DNA of 64,000 nt from an uncultured bacterium. Its GTDB lineage: Bacteria > Oederibacteriota > Oederibacteriia > Oederibacteriales > Oederibacteriaceae. The DNA lies in the NCBI GenBank assembly GCA_965112635.1, contig OZ218778.1, positions 2,048,001 to 2,112,000 of the forward strand, read 5' to 3'. The notes under the pieces were generated by a model, which did no database searches, was not told the DNA's origin, and worked only from the letters and a program-made list of their open reading frames with translations. Shown in pieces: positions 8,147-18,263 of the stretch. A program made the position numbers and the translations under genes. The first letter of the stretch is position 1; each line of letters begins with the position of its first letter.

Positions 8147-10351
8147 ATGAATTTCAGCGGATTGGGTTTCAGTATCGCCAACAGCGCTTTTGGGGCCTTG
8201 TCACAAGCCCTGGATGTTTACGGAAATAATGTCGCCAATGCCAACACGCCGGGTTACAGCCAGGAGGTCGCAGACCTTTCCGAGGGGATACCGCTTGACG
8301 GGTCCGGCGTCGCAGCCGGGCAAATAGGGACAGGAGTCCGTCTGGTCAGTATTTCAAGAATGAGGGACGAGTATCTCGATCTGCAGACCTATTATCAAAA
8401 TATGATCCTGGGGCAGAACGAGTCTTTGAACGACGTTTATAACCAGTTGAAAGTGATATTCCCCGATGCGGTTTCCATGACCGCCACCGGTCTTTCCGCC
8501 GCGATGAGCCAATTTTTTACCGACTGGTCAGCTTTAGCCGCGGATCCCTCCAGCGGGACTTTGCGTTCCAATTTAATGAATGACGCAGTCAGCATGTCCT
8601 CTCTGTTCAATAGTACAGCCAAGCAGTTGGTTTCCGAGGTTACCACAGTAAATCAGCAAATTTCATCAGATATAAACCAGGTCAATAGCTATTTGACCCA
8701 AATTGCATCTCTGAATCAAAGTATTACGGTAGCCAGCGGTAATGGGCAGAATCCCAATCAATTGCTGGACCAGAGGAATCTCCTAATAACCAACCTTTCG
8801 GAGTTGATCAATTTTTCTACAGTTACGCTTTCCGACAATACCATTACTTTACAAATTAACGGTATCGCTTTGGTGCAGGGCGGAACTGCCAACCAATTAA
8901 GCGCCTGCGCCGATCCGAATAATCCGTCTTTTATTGATGTAGGATGGAGGCAGGGGTCGGCTAGTTCTACGCCGACCTATGATCTGACCAGCAAGATCAC
9001 CGGCGGGAAGATCGGGGGGCTCATCCAAAGCCGTACCAGCGTTTTGTTGCCTTTGCAGTCAGAACTAAACCAAATCGCGAGCAGTATGATAACCCAGGTC
9101 AACACTTATCATGAGGCCGGTTATAATACGACCGATGGGACAACCTATGGTATTGGGATAAATACTGAGATACCTTTTTTTGATGGAACCAATGCTCAGT
9201 CCATCTGCGTGAATCCAGCCATTCAGGATAACGTTTCTTTGATCGCGGCTAGCAAAGACCTCAATCCAGTTACCGGCGCTGTGGATGGCCAGAATGCAGA
9301 TCTTATTGCCGGGTTGCAAGATGTGCTTCTCAACAGCAATGAGCAGTCCGTGATCGCGATGAATTTTGGGAAGCCCGGCCGGATCGATCCGGCTATGCCT
9401 ATGAGTTGGGGGGTTACGACTGCGATCAATGGCGCAGGGACCAACCTCACCAATTTTTCTCTTGCTCCCAACCCCGCGGGAGGGACCCTTTCAGTGGACG
9501 GCGTTGCGGTGCCGTGGTTGGCCGGCCAATCTTTGAACACTATCATCAATAACATCAACCTTGCTTTGGGCGGCCAGGCGTTTGCCTGCTTTAATACCAC
9601 AACGCAAGAAGTCACTTTTACGGGCAGCCAGCAGGTAATCCTTCGCGATGTGTCAGGAAACTTGACCACAGTGTTCAGGGCGGCCTTGCAGCTCTACAGC
9701 GCCACTAATATCAACATTGAACCAGGGCCGAACCAGATGCGCGTGGACCCGGCCATGCCTATGAATATTAATCCATCTCCGGCCACGGACCCGGTGAATT
9801 TATTGGGTTATAATGAGATCAATTTCTTTGTCGCGCCCAGCCAGTTTGGGACGGTCAGTGTCAATAACAACCCCATCGCCTATACCGATGCCACACCTAT
9901 TAATACGATTGTCGGCGCTATCCAAGGTATCCCAGGATTCGGCACTTCCTTTTTTAATACTGCGACACAGCAGTTGGTTCTGCGCACATCGCCGGCACAG
10001 GGGATAAGCGTGGAAGATATTGGCGGAAACTTTAACGAGTTCATGCAAATGCCTCCGACAGGGGATTTCAGCGATGTTTATAACGACCTTATTTCCAAAG
10101 TCAGTGATGGGGCCACCGCTGTCACCAACAATCTTACGACAGCCAACGGGGCTTTGACCCAGATCCAGAACAACCAGGACAGCGTCGCCAAGGTGAATAT
10201 TGACCAGCAGGACGCGATCATTGACCAACTGGGCAAAACCGCTGAAGCGGTTTTACGTTATGAAGAGACCCTTAATGAATTGCTCAATGTCTTGATAAAC
10301 GGTATGGGGTCAAACAATAATAATAATCCATCTTCTTCCTCTCCAGCATAG
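8147..10351 (+). CDS. flgK: Hook-associated protein FlgK, enlarged, with duplicated insert domain
   Basis: NNVANANTPGYS, GQIGTGV..ISRMRDEYLD, NQLLDQRN, GGKIGGL; divergent C-terminus. Confidence 0.88.
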   Translation: MNFSGLGFSIANSAFGALSQALDVYGNNVANANTPGYSQEVADLSEGIPLDGSGVAAGQIGTGVRLVSISRMRDEYLDLQTYYQNMILGQNESLNDVYNQLKVIFPDAVSMTATGLSAAMSQFFTDWSALAADPSSGTLRSNLMNDAVSMSSLFNSTAKQLVSEVTTVNQQISSDINQVNSYLTQIASLNQSITVASGNGQNPNQLLDQRNLLITNLSELINFSTVTLSDNTITLQINGIALVQGGTANQLSACADPNNPSFIDVGWRQGSASSTPTYDLTSKITGGKIGGLIQSRTSVLLPLQSELNQIASSMITQVNTYHEAGYNTTDGTTYGIGINTEIPFFDGTNAQSICVNPAIQDNVSLIAASKDLNPVTGAVDGQNADLIAGLQDVLLNSNEQSVIAMNFGKPGRIDPAMPMSWGVTTAINGAGTNLTNFSLAPNPAGGTLSVDGVAVPWLAGQSLNTIINNINLALGGQAFACFNTTTQEVTFTGSQQVILRDVSGNLTTVFRAALQLYSATNINIEPGPNQMRVDPAMPMNINPSPATDPVNLLGYNEINFFVAPSQFGTVSVNNNPIAYTDATPINTIVGAIQGIPGFGTSFFNTATQQLVLRTSPAQGISVEDIGGNFNEFMQMPPTGDFSDVYNDLISKVSDGATAVTNNLTTANGALTQIQNNQDSVAKVNIDQQDAIIDQLGKTAEAVLRYEETLNELLNVLINGMGSNNNNNPSSSSPA

Positions 10352-10523
10352 GATAAGGCGTAAAGCAGGTTTTTCGTCCTTTTGAGGGGTTTTTTGTTGC
10401 CAGAAAAGAAAAAAGGACGCCCCACCAGGTGTCATATTTTATTCCTAGATTTAGGAACTTTTGTTTAAGTATTGCGTCTAATATATAATAGAAGTAAGGG
10501 AAAAGTTAGAGGAGGGGCGCGAG

Positions 10524-12338
10524 GTGAAAAATTTACTTAAAAAGCGTATTTTGGTCCTGGGGTTTGTTTTGACTTTTGGCTGGTCATCCTCTGTTTGGGC
10601 TGCGGATTGGCCGATTTTTCATTTTGACGGCAGTTCCGGTTTTACCACGGACAGTATTGGGGCGCAGAATCTGGAGAGGTGGAATCATCCTTGTCCCAAT
10701 GCACCCACTTCATGCGTAGTGATTAATGGTTTCACCTATTACACCACCCAAGCAGGAGTTTATAAACTGGACAGCACCGGAGCTCTATCCTCCACTTGGC
10801 CGATAAATCCGGTCAATCCTTCCAGTCTTTCCACAACCTACTACACGATGCCGGCTTACTGGAATAGCGTGATCTATGTCGGGGCCTGGGACCCTACCCA
10901 ATCCAGTAAGAACGGCGTTTATGCGATCAAAACTGCTGATGGCTCTGCGTATTGGACCAATCCGCCGACCTGTCCTGGTTACTGCAACTACAATACCTCC
11001 CAGATCAATACCTACGCGGCTCCCATAGTCGGAAATGCCGGAGCGGTGGAGGCTGTTTTTGTGGGGGATACTGGCGGTAATATTTACGCTTTTGACACGA
11101 CCAAAACAATCCCTACCGCTCTCTGGAGCCACAACCTGGGAACCATGGGACTTTATTCCACTCCGGCTTATTGGACAGATGGAACAGATGCCTGGGTCTA
11201 TTTTGCAATGGTTGCCAGTAACCCCATCAATAGCAAGATATACAAAGTTTTTGCGTCCAGCGGTTTTTGGTTTGGCCCGCCCTTCGGTGTTCATTCCAAT
11301 CCCTGGGCTTGGCCGGCGGTAGGGACCGTAGAAGGTTTTTATTCCTCGCCGGCTGTGGACAGCAGCGGCAATGTATATGTTGGATGCGATAACGATAATG
11401 TCTATTCTATATCTTTGACCGAGACGATGAATTGGACCTTTACGGCTGGGGATGTCGTAAGATCGAGCCCTGCAGTAGCCACGCTGGGCGGGACTCACTA
11501 TGTTTTTGTGGGTTCCAACGACGGCAATCTCTATGCGCTCAATGCGAATACTGGAGCGCAGATATGGAATTATCAGGTGGGAGTCCCTGGTTACGCCGCA
11601 TTGGGTGCTCCGGCAATCAGCCGGGATGGCCTGGTTTATTTTGGCAGCGGGAGTCTCTCGGCTAATATGTATATTTTTCAGGGCAATCCACTTCCATCCA
11701 CTACGCCTCAAGTGGTAGCCACGGTAGGCCCGTGGGGTGTTAACAGCATATTATCCCCAGCACTCAGCGATACAACCGCAGGCGGCGGATTTCCTGCCGC
11801 TTATGTTGCCGCGGATAAAATCTATTGCTTGGGACCGACCTATACTTTGACCCAGTCGGCTACGCCTACGGTGACTGGGACGCCCGGCCCGCCTAGCACT
11901 TCAACGCCAACTTTGACGCCCTTGACTCCGTTTAATACTCCCACTATTACCGTAACATTCACCTGCACTTTGACTCCCACAATTACCACGACGGCCACTG
12001 CCACTCAGACAACTACCATGACCCCCACCATCAGCCCCACTAGTACTCTTACCCTGACATTGACGCCGCCCCCGTATATCATCGTATATCCCAATCCGAT
12101 GAATTTCAGCCAATATAAAGGGGTTAAGATCATCGGAACGCCTATTCTTGGCGCCGATATTGCCATCTATACTATTTCAGGAGAAACAGTGAGAAAGGTT
12201 TCCAAAAATACAGCTTACCCATTTATTTGGGACGGTAATAATGACGACGGTGTACCTGTGGTCACGGGCCTTTATCTCTATATCATCAACACCGCTGACG
12301 GCAATAGCATCAAAGGCAAGTTAGCCATCATTCGTTAA
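10524..12338 (+). CDS. Secreted PQQ-like beta-propeller protein with Thr/Pro linker and T9SS-type (FlgD Ig-like) C-terminal sorting domain
   Basis: Signal peptide VWA-ADWP; repeats SSPAV/VFVGSNDGNLYALNANTG; T/P tract ~11838-12074; tail VYPNP..IYTISGETV..WDGNNDDG..TGLYLY..KLAIIR. Confidence 0.8.
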   Translation: MKNLLKKRILVLGFVLTFGWSSSVWAADWPIFHFDGSSGFTTDSIGAQNLERWNHPCPNAPTSCVVINGFTYYTTQAGVYKLDSTGALSSTWPINPVNPSSLSTTYYTMPAYWNSVIYVGAWDPTQSSKNGVYAIKTADGSAYWTNPPTCPGYCNYNTSQINTYAAPIVGNAGAVEAVFVGDTGGNIYAFDTTKTIPTALWSHNLGTMGLYSTPAYWTDGTDAWVYFAMVASNPINSKIYKVFASSGFWFGPPFGVHSNPWAWPAVGTVEGFYSSPAVDSSGNVYVGCDNDNVYSISLTETMNWTFTAGDVVRSSPAVATLGGTHYVFVGSNDGNLYALNANTGAQIWNYQVGVPGYAALGAPAISRDGLVYFGSGSLSANMYIFQGNPLPSTTPQVVATVGPWGVNSILSPALSDTTAGGGFPAAYVAADKIYCLGPTYTLTQSATPTVTGTPGPPSTSTPTLTPLTPFNTPTITVTFTCTLTPTITTTATATQTTTMTPTISPTSTLTLTLTPPPYIIVYPNPMNFSQYKGVKIIGTPILGADIAIYTISGETVRKVSKNTAYPFIWDGNNDDGVPVVTGLYLYIINTADGNSIKGKLAIIR

Positions 12339-12353
12339 CCTGGGGGAATCTGT

Positions 12354-13469
12354 TTGAAAATTTTATTGTGGCCGGCAACAATATCCCGTCCTAAGGCCGA
12401 GCCCCAAAACCATAGAGGTGTTTTAGTCGGCAGTGCCGCAATGAACCCAGCCACAATCCCCGATATCAAACCTTGTCCACGGTGGACATCACGACTGCTT
12501 CTGGGAATAGCAGTTTTATTGGTATTCCCGGCTTTAAACGCTCAGAAGGCCATGGCTCAAGAGTCTCGTGGGGGGACAACGGCCGCCAATTTTCTGAAGA
12601 TAGGTGTGGGGGCCAGGCCGCTGGGCATGGGCGGAGCCTACGTGGCTATTGCCGATGACTCGAGCAGCGCTTACTGGAACCCGGCGGGATTAGCCAATAT
12701 GGACGCTCAAGTCATCCAATTGGAGCACGCGGAATGGTATGAAGGCATACAATATGAATATTTTGTCGTTGCCCAGCCCGCAGAGTCCTTCGGCCTTCCT
12801 ATTTGGGGCGCTATGGCCTTCTCTTGGTATTATTTGCACATGGGTGATATCCAGCGGACCTTAGAAGACAATATGAGCGGCGACGTGGTCATTCCAGGCG
12901 GCTCCTATTCCGCGGCAGACAGTATTCTTGCCATTTCGTACGGGGGCCAGCTGACCAATTTCCAGGCTTTTGGCATTGGTCTGAAATTCCTGAATCAAAA
13001 GCTGGATTATCTAAATAATAGCGGGATGGCATTTGATTTTGGGATCCAAAGCGCGGCGCCATTAAAAAATTTAAAGATAGGCCTGACCCTGTCCAATATG
13101 GGCCAGGATTTTATGGGCAGCCCGTTACCCACTACATTTAAAATGGGTGTTAATTATAAACTTGCCGGGAGGGGATTCCCCGGCGAATGGAACAACGAGA
13201 TAGACGGGTTGCTGCCGCTGATCAATAGCGATCAAATACCCCAGGCCCTTTTTGGCTCGGAATATGCCATCAACATGAGCACTCAAAAATATTCGTTCCG
13301 GGTCGGGTATGACACGGGTAGAGAGATTGGAACTGCTTTTACAGGGCTTTCCCTTGGCCTAGGATACCTTATCCGATTGGGAAGGTTGGACCTGGGAATA
13401 GATTACGCCTATCTATTTCAGGGAGACTTTGGCGCGACCCACCACTTTACTCTCAATTTAACTTTTTAA
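12354..13469 (+). CDS. PorV/PorQ-family outer-membrane beta-barrel (start uncertain)
   Basis: FLKIGVGARPLGMGGAYVAIADDSSSAYWNPAGL motif; ends IDYAY..HHFTLNLTF. Confidence 0.85.
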   Translation: MKILLWPATISRPKAEPQNHRGVLVGSAAMNPATIPDIKPCPRWTSRLLLGIAVLLVFPALNAQKAMAQESRGGTTAANFLKIGVGARPLGMGGAYVAIADDSSSAYWNPAGLANMDAQVIQLEHAEWYEGIQYEYFVVAQPAESFGLPIWGAMAFSWYYLHMGDIQRTLEDNMSGDVVIPGGSYSAADSILAISYGGQLTNFQAFGIGLKFLNQKLDYLNNSGMAFDFGIQSAAPLKNLKIGLTLSNMGQDFMGSPLPTTFKMGVNYKLAGRGFPGEWNNEIDGLLPLINSDQIPQALFGSEYAINMSTQKYSFRVGYDTGREIGTAFTGLSLGLGYLIRLGRLDLGIDYAYLFQGDFGATHHFTLNLTF

Positions 13470-13499
13470 TTTTCCAGTCAAATTATCTTTAGAAAGTTG

Positions 13500-13527
13500 T
13501 TGACAAAAAAAGAAGTTAAACTAATGT
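13500..13527 (+). promoter_or_regulatory. Possible sigma70 promoter
   Basis: TTGACA-N16-TAATGT upstream of the FlgN-like gene. Confidence 0.45.
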
Positions 13528-13606
13528 ATGGGTAAGATATTTCTTATGTTTTGGTTTCATGAAGGTTTTGTTAAGATGATTTTCGATTTTGCAGGGAGAA
13601 GATATT

Positions 13607-14056
13607 TTGAACCAAGAACTCATTACCCGCAGCGTTGAAAACCTTTATAATAACTTCCAAAAAGAAATTGTTTTGTATGAAGAAGTATTCCAACTCACTC
13701 AACAGGAACATAAAAGCATAGTCAACGGCGCCCTGGATGAAACGCTAAAATATGTTAATGAAAAGCAGGATATCCTCAATAAAATAGAACTTATTGAAGA
13801 GGAACAAAAGGATCTAAAGAAGATTTGGGTCCAATCGCGCTACAAAGTCACAGAGGAGATCAGGAAAAAAATAAGGGAAAGCCTGGCGGTATTAGGGAGA
13901 CTCCTGGAAGACTTGATTAATTTGGAAAAACAAAATGAAAGAACATTGTCAGATCAGATCGGAATGTTCAGCGTTTTAAAAAGTGACAATAAGATAGCCC
14001 CTAAAAATGCCGCGGATGCCTATAAAAAGAACGACGACTCGCCGATAAAAAGCTGA
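13607..14056 (+). CDS. Second FlgN/FliT-like helical chaperone
   Basis: All-helical; LYEEVFQLTQQEH..EKQDILNKIE, terminal AADAYKK; TTG start after GGGAG. Confidence 0.55.
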   Translation: MNQELITRSVENLYNNFQKEIVLYEEVFQLTQQEHKSIVNGALDETLKYVNEKQDILNKIELIEEEQKDLKKIWVQSRYKVTEEIRKKIRESLAVLGRLLEDLINLEKQNERTLSDQIGMFSVLKSDNKIAPKNAADAYKKNDDSPIKS

Positions 14057-14153
14057 ATTAAAATTTTCAATTTCAATCTCCAATTTATTCCGAATATAAA
14101 TTTTTTCTTAATATTATCTCTGTTATTGTTAAATTTAGTGTAAGGCTTCCGCC

Positions 14154-14181
14154 TTGACACTTGTTGCCTGTCTGTTATAAT
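14154..14181 (+). promoter_or_regulatory. Strong sigma70 promoter of the flgB operon
   Basis: TTGACA-N16-TATAAT with extended TG. Confidence 0.8.
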
Positions 14182-14250
14182 TTGGCTCAAATCATTTTTT
14201 AGATGGTTTTTTCAGTTTTTTTATTAAAAATTCAGGGAAATGTGTGGAAA

Positions 14251-14670
14251 ATGGTTGAAAAAATATTTTCTGGTGAAGCATTAACGATCCTACGAAAAGC
14301 CTTGGATGCCGCTTCATTAAGACATCAGGTTTTGTCAGATAATATTGCCAATGTTAATACGCCTGGATTTAAGCGTTCGGATGTAGTATTTCAACAGGAA
14401 TTGAAAGCTGCACTTTCCGCCAACGAAGGGGTATTGCCTTTAAATACAACTGACCCTAAACATATTCAATTTCCAGAAGAAATTCAGCTTGATAAAGTTA
14501 GCCCGAAAATCATTCTGCAAAACGACACAATTTCCCGTAACGATCTCAATAATGTCGATATTGATACCGAAATGGCGAAGTTGGCAGAGAACACTATCTA
14601 TTATAATTCCCTGGCGCAAATGACTTCATTGAAACTGACGAGTTTAAGGTCTGTCCTCAACAACCAATAG
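14251..14670 (+). CDS. flgB: Proximal rod protein FlgB
   Basis: LSDNIANVNTPGFKRSDV, RNDLNNVDIDTEM. Confidence 0.95.
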   Translation: MVEKIFSGEALTILRKALDAASLRHQVLSDNIANVNTPGFKRSDVVFQQELKAALSANEGVLPLNTTDPKHIQFPEEIQLDKVSPKIILQNDTISRNDLNNVDIDTEMAKLAENTIYYNSLAQMTSLKLTSLRSVLNNQ

Positions 14671-14689
14671 CAATAGATGGAGGGGTTAA

Positions 14690-15136
14690 GTGAGTTTTTT
14701 TAACTCATTAGCGATTAGTGCTTCTGGGTTGTCAGCGGAGCGCTTGAGGATGGACGTTATTGCCAACAATCTGGCTAATGTGAATACCACGCGTACCCTT
14801 GAAGGCGGCCCCTATAGAAGGCAGAGGGTTGTTTTCGCCCCTAGGACTCCCAGACCCCCGTTTTTTGTTCCTTCGTCACCAGCTCCCGAGGTGAATTTTT
14901 CAGGTACTGGCGTCAAGGTCGTGGGTATTGTCCCGGATCCCAGTCAACCAAAGCGGGTCTATGATCCCAACCATCCAGATGCGAACGCTGAAGGTTATGT
15001 TTTAATGCCCAATGTGAATACTGTAACGGAAATGGTAGATATGATCTCGGCCTCTAGGGCTTATGAGGCCAATGTGACCGCCATCAATTCAGCGAAGAGT
15101 ATGGCAAATGCAGCTTTGCAGATAGGGAAAGCTTAA
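14690..15136 (+). CDS. flgC: Proximal rod protein FlgC
   Basis: ANNLANVNTT..PYRR, YDPNHPDA..GYVLMPNVN, SRAYEAN. Confidence 0.96.
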   Translation: MSFFNSLAISASGLSAERLRMDVIANNLANVNTTRTLEGGPYRRQRVVFAPRTPRPPFFVPSSPAPEVNFSGTGVKVVGIVPDPSQPKRVYDPNHPDANAEGYVLMPNVNTVTEMVDMISASRAYEANVTAINSAKSMANAALQIGKA

Positions 15137-15179
15137 TTAATTTCAAAAAATGATTTTGATGTTCTAGGGAGGTAGTTCA

Positions 15180-15485
15180 ATGGACATTAGTCCCATAAAC
15201 GGCAACGAGCTATTGCCAGAGATGACGCCGATCAAAAATACGAATTTGGTTCCTGAAAATAAGGCTGTGAATTTCAAAGATCTGTTGGATACCGCCATGA
15301 GCCAAGTCAATGATTTGCAATTAAAGTCCGATCAGGCCATAAAGGCGTTTGCCACTGGTGAACCGATTGAATTGCACGATGTTATGATTTCCATGGAAAA
15401 AGCGAATCTTGCTTTGCAGCTAACTGTTCAGGTCAGGAATAGACTGGTCGAAGCATATCAACAGCTCAACCAAATGCAGGTTTAA
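15180..15485 (+). CDS. fliE: Hook-basal body protein FliE
   Basis: LHDVMI..VQVRNRLVEAYQ..MQV. Confidence 0.95.
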   Translation: MDISPINGNELLPEMTPIKNTNLVPENKAVNFKDLLDTAMSQVNDLQLKSDQAIKAFATGEPIELHDVMISMEKANLALQLTVQVRNRLVEAYQQLNQMQV

Positions 15486-15521
15486 TAAAATAAGCAATCC
15501 TTTAAGGTGCTTTCATAAAAA

Positions 15522-17231
15522 ATGATGAACTTTCTGCGGCAATTTTATAATCAAATGTTGTCAGTCTGGAATAGACTGAGCACCCCCCAAAAAGTGATCG
15601 TTACGGTCATTCCGTTAGTTGCAGTTGGGGCGATAATTTTTCTTATTGTTTGGCTCTCCCATCCAGGTTATGCCATCCTATATTCCAATCTATCGTCCCA
15701 AGATGCAGGGGCTATCGTTAATAAACTTAAAGAGATGAAGTCCCCCTATGAATTATCTGACCAAGGGGCAGCCATCGCGGTACCCACCAATAACGTTTAT
15801 GAGATAAGGTTGCAACTGGCGAGCCAAGGTTTGCCCCAAGAGGGAGGGGTTGGTTTTGAGATATTTGACCGCAGTTCGCTGATGCCTCCGACCGATTTTG
15901 TCCAGAAGTTGAATTACCAAAGGGCATTGCAGGGGGAACTCGCGCGGACCATTATGAGTTTAGAGGCCGTTAAAAGAGCCAGGGTCCACTTGGTCATTCC
16001 TCAGCCAGAACTATATACCGACAAAGAGAAAGACACCACAGCTTCAGTCGTGGTTGAGTTGCGGCCTGAAACAAAATTGAATCTTGAGCAGATCAAAGGC
16101 ATCATCCATCTTGTTTCCAGCAGCGTCGAAGGCTTAAAACAAGAGAATGTCACGGTTGTTGATGTCACGGGGACGGTCCTCTCCGACTATGTCAAAGATG
16201 AACTTATAGCTGAGCAAAACCCGCTCAAGTCTGGAGCGGGGCAGCTTAAGCTCACTGCGCAGCAAATCGAGATCCAGCAAAGCCTAGAGCACGAATTGGA
16301 GAAAAGAATTCAGTCGATGTTGGAAAGGGTCGTGGGGAACAATAAAGCGACCGTCAGGGTCAGTGCTGTTCTGGATTTCAACACAGTTGAAACCCAGAAG
16401 GAAACCTATGAGCCTGTTTTGGCGAACGGCGGCATTACACGTAGTCAGCAAAAAAAGGAAGAAAAATATGAAGGGGTAGGGAATGTTCCCGGAGGCGTAC
16501 CAGGCATTGAGTCCAATGTGCCCGGTTATCAAGCCGTAACCTATGGAAATGCCCGTTATTCGAAGAGTGAGGAAATCAATAACTATGAAATTAACAAGAG
16601 ATTGGATCATATTGTAAATCTTCCAGGCAGCATCAAAAGGCTTTCGGTTGGTGTCATTGTTGACAATTTGCAACCGCAGCAAGTAGATGCAATCAAAGCG
16701 GCTGTTATTGCGGCGGCTGGTCTGGATCTTGCCAGGGGCGATAATATAGCCGTGGAAAATATGGCCTATAACACGTCAGAAGTGGACAAGGTTCAGAGAG
16801 AGTGGAACCAGGAAAAGAAAGAAGAGTTCTGGTTCGCTGTTAGCAAGATTGCCGTCCTATTTTTATTGGCAATTTTCACCCTTTTCTTTGTCAGAATGAT
16901 CCTTAAGCCTAGGGAGATCAGGCATCCTTATCCATTAATTCCGAAGGAAATATTGCCTCAAAAGGAACCGTTTTTCATTCGTTTGAAGGATGGGTTCATT
17001 GCATTTTTAAAGAAGTTCAAGCGAAAGAAAAAAGAGGAGCCAAAGATTGAAGAAGAGGAAACCATTGCTACAATAGAAGAGATACGGCCTATCGAGGAAG
17101 TGGTTTTAGAAAAGACCTCGCTGGAACAACAGCGCAAAGAACAGATCAAGCAGAAATTGATCACTACTGCGCAAGAGAACCCAGATGTCATTGCCCAGGT
17201 CATCAAGGGCTGGATGTCCGAAGAAAAATAG
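15522..17231 (+). CDS. fliF: MS-ring protein FliF
   Basis: Two TM segments; GVGFEIFD, YQRALQGELARTI, ARVHLV, SSSVEGL. Confidence 0.96.
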   Translation: MMNFLRQFYNQMLSVWNRLSTPQKVIVTVIPLVAVGAIIFLIVWLSHPGYAILYSNLSSQDAGAIVNKLKEMKSPYELSDQGAAIAVPTNNVYEIRLQLASQGLPQEGGVGFEIFDRSSLMPPTDFVQKLNYQRALQGELARTIMSLEAVKRARVHLVIPQPELYTDKEKDTTASVVVELRPETKLNLEQIKGIIHLVSSSVEGLKQENVTVVDVTGTVLSDYVKDELIAEQNPLKSGAGQLKLTAQQIEIQQSLEHELEKRIQSMLERVVGNNKATVRVSAVLDFNTVETQKETYEPVLANGGITRSQQKKEEKYEGVGNVPGGVPGIESNVPGYQAVTYGNARYSKSEEINNYEINKRLDHIVNLPGSIKRLSVGVIVDNLQPQQVDAIKAAVIAAAGLDLARGDNIAVENMAYNTSEVDKVQREWNQEKKEEFWFAVSKIAVLFLLAIFTLFFVRMILKPREIRHPYPLIPKEILPQKEPFFIRLKDGFIAFLKKFKRKKKEEPKIEEEETIATIEEIRPIEEVVLEKTSLEQQRKEQIKQKLITTAQENPDVIAQVIKGWMSEEK

Positions 17232-17240
17232 GAGACAGGA

Positions 17241-18263
17241 ATGCCCCAACCTCAAGCAAAAGCTACAGCGTTAACTGGAGAGAAAAAGGCAGCTATGCTG
17301 TTGATCTCCTTGGGCCAAAGACTGGCTGCTGAAGTATATAAAAGACTCTCTGAGGGCCAAGTAGAGCAGGTTACTTTACAGATAGCGAACATTAAAAAGA
17401 TCACCGTGCAAGAGCGAGACCAGGTTTTAGAGGAAGCGTATGAAATAGCAAAGAACAAGGACATTCTTCCCCAGGGCGGACTTGATTATGCCAGAGATAT
17501 TCTTGAGCACGCTTTGGGCAACCATAAAGCGATGGATATTCTGAACCGTCTGCAGGGTTCTCTGCGGGTGACCCCTTTTGATTTTATCAGACACGCTGAT
17601 GCCCAACAGATCATCAACTTTATCCAAAATGAACATCCTCAAACGATTGCATTGATCATCGCCCATTTAAGCCCCGACCAAGCCGCGATGATCTTGGCGG
17701 CCCTTCCCAATGACGTGCAGGTTGAAGTCACGAAGCGTATTGCCATGATGGACCGTGCGACCCCGGATGTCATTATGGAAGTCGAAAGGATCTTAGAACG
17801 CAAAATGTCTTCGGTCTTTACGCAGGAGATCACCCAGGCTGGCGGCGTCAGAGCTGTTGCTGAAATTCTCAACCGAACCGACAGGGGAACTGAAAAAGGC
17901 ATTATGGAGAAATTGGACGAAGAAAATCCGCAGCTCGCCGATGAGGTCAAGAGATTGATGTTCGTGTTCGAAGACATCATTCTCCTGGACGACAGGACTA
18001 TTCAGCAAGTTTTGAGGGAGATCGATACCAAGGACCTCGCCGTGGCCTTAAAAGGCTCAAGCGAAGAAGTCAAAATGAAGATCTTGAAGAATATGTCCTC
18101 AAGAGCGAAAGCGATGATTTTGGAAGATATGGAAGTTATGGGGCCGGTAAGATTGAAACATACAGAGGAAGCGCAGCAGAAAGTTGTAAATGTTATCAGG
18201 CAGCTTGAAGAAGCAGGTGAAATCATCATCGCCCGCGGCGGGGAGGAAGAAGTTTTTGTCTAA
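17241..18263 (+). CDS. fliG: Motor switch protein FliG
   Basis: EHPQTIALI, GGVRAVAEILN, MFVFEDI, NMSSRA, GPVRL. Confidence 0.97.
   Translation: MPQPQAKATALTGEKKAAMLLISLGQRLAAEVYKRLSEGQVEQVTLQIANIKKITVQERDQVLEEAYEIAKNKDILPQGGLDYARDILEHALGNHKAMDILNRLQGSLRVTPFDFIRHADAQQIINFIQNEHPQTIALIIAHLSPDQAAMILAALPNDVQVEVTKRIAMMDRATPDVIMEVERILERKMSSVFTQEITQAGGVRAVAEILNRTDRGTEKGIMEKLDEENPQLADEVKRLMFVFEDIILLDDRTIQQVLREIDTKDLAVALKGSSEEVKMKILKNMSSRAKAMILEDMEVMGPVRLKHTEEAQQKVVNVIRQLEEAGEIIIARGGEEEVFV

Noticed and set aside
10785-11711. Long antisense ORFs (also 42407-43084, 49045-49674, 51429-52310, 52808-53518)
   Set aside because: Shadows of well-supported plus-strand genes with no recognisable motifs
11838-12074. 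Thr/Pro tract as a DNA repeat or CRISPR-like array
   Set aside because: Low-complexity protein linker with varied codons; no repeat-spacer periodicity seen here or elsewhere in the window
14023-14048. Sigma-28-like TAAA..GCCGATAA
   Set aside because: Spacer is 14 rather than 15 nt, it lies inside a CDS, and a near-consensus sigma70 promoter follows at 14154
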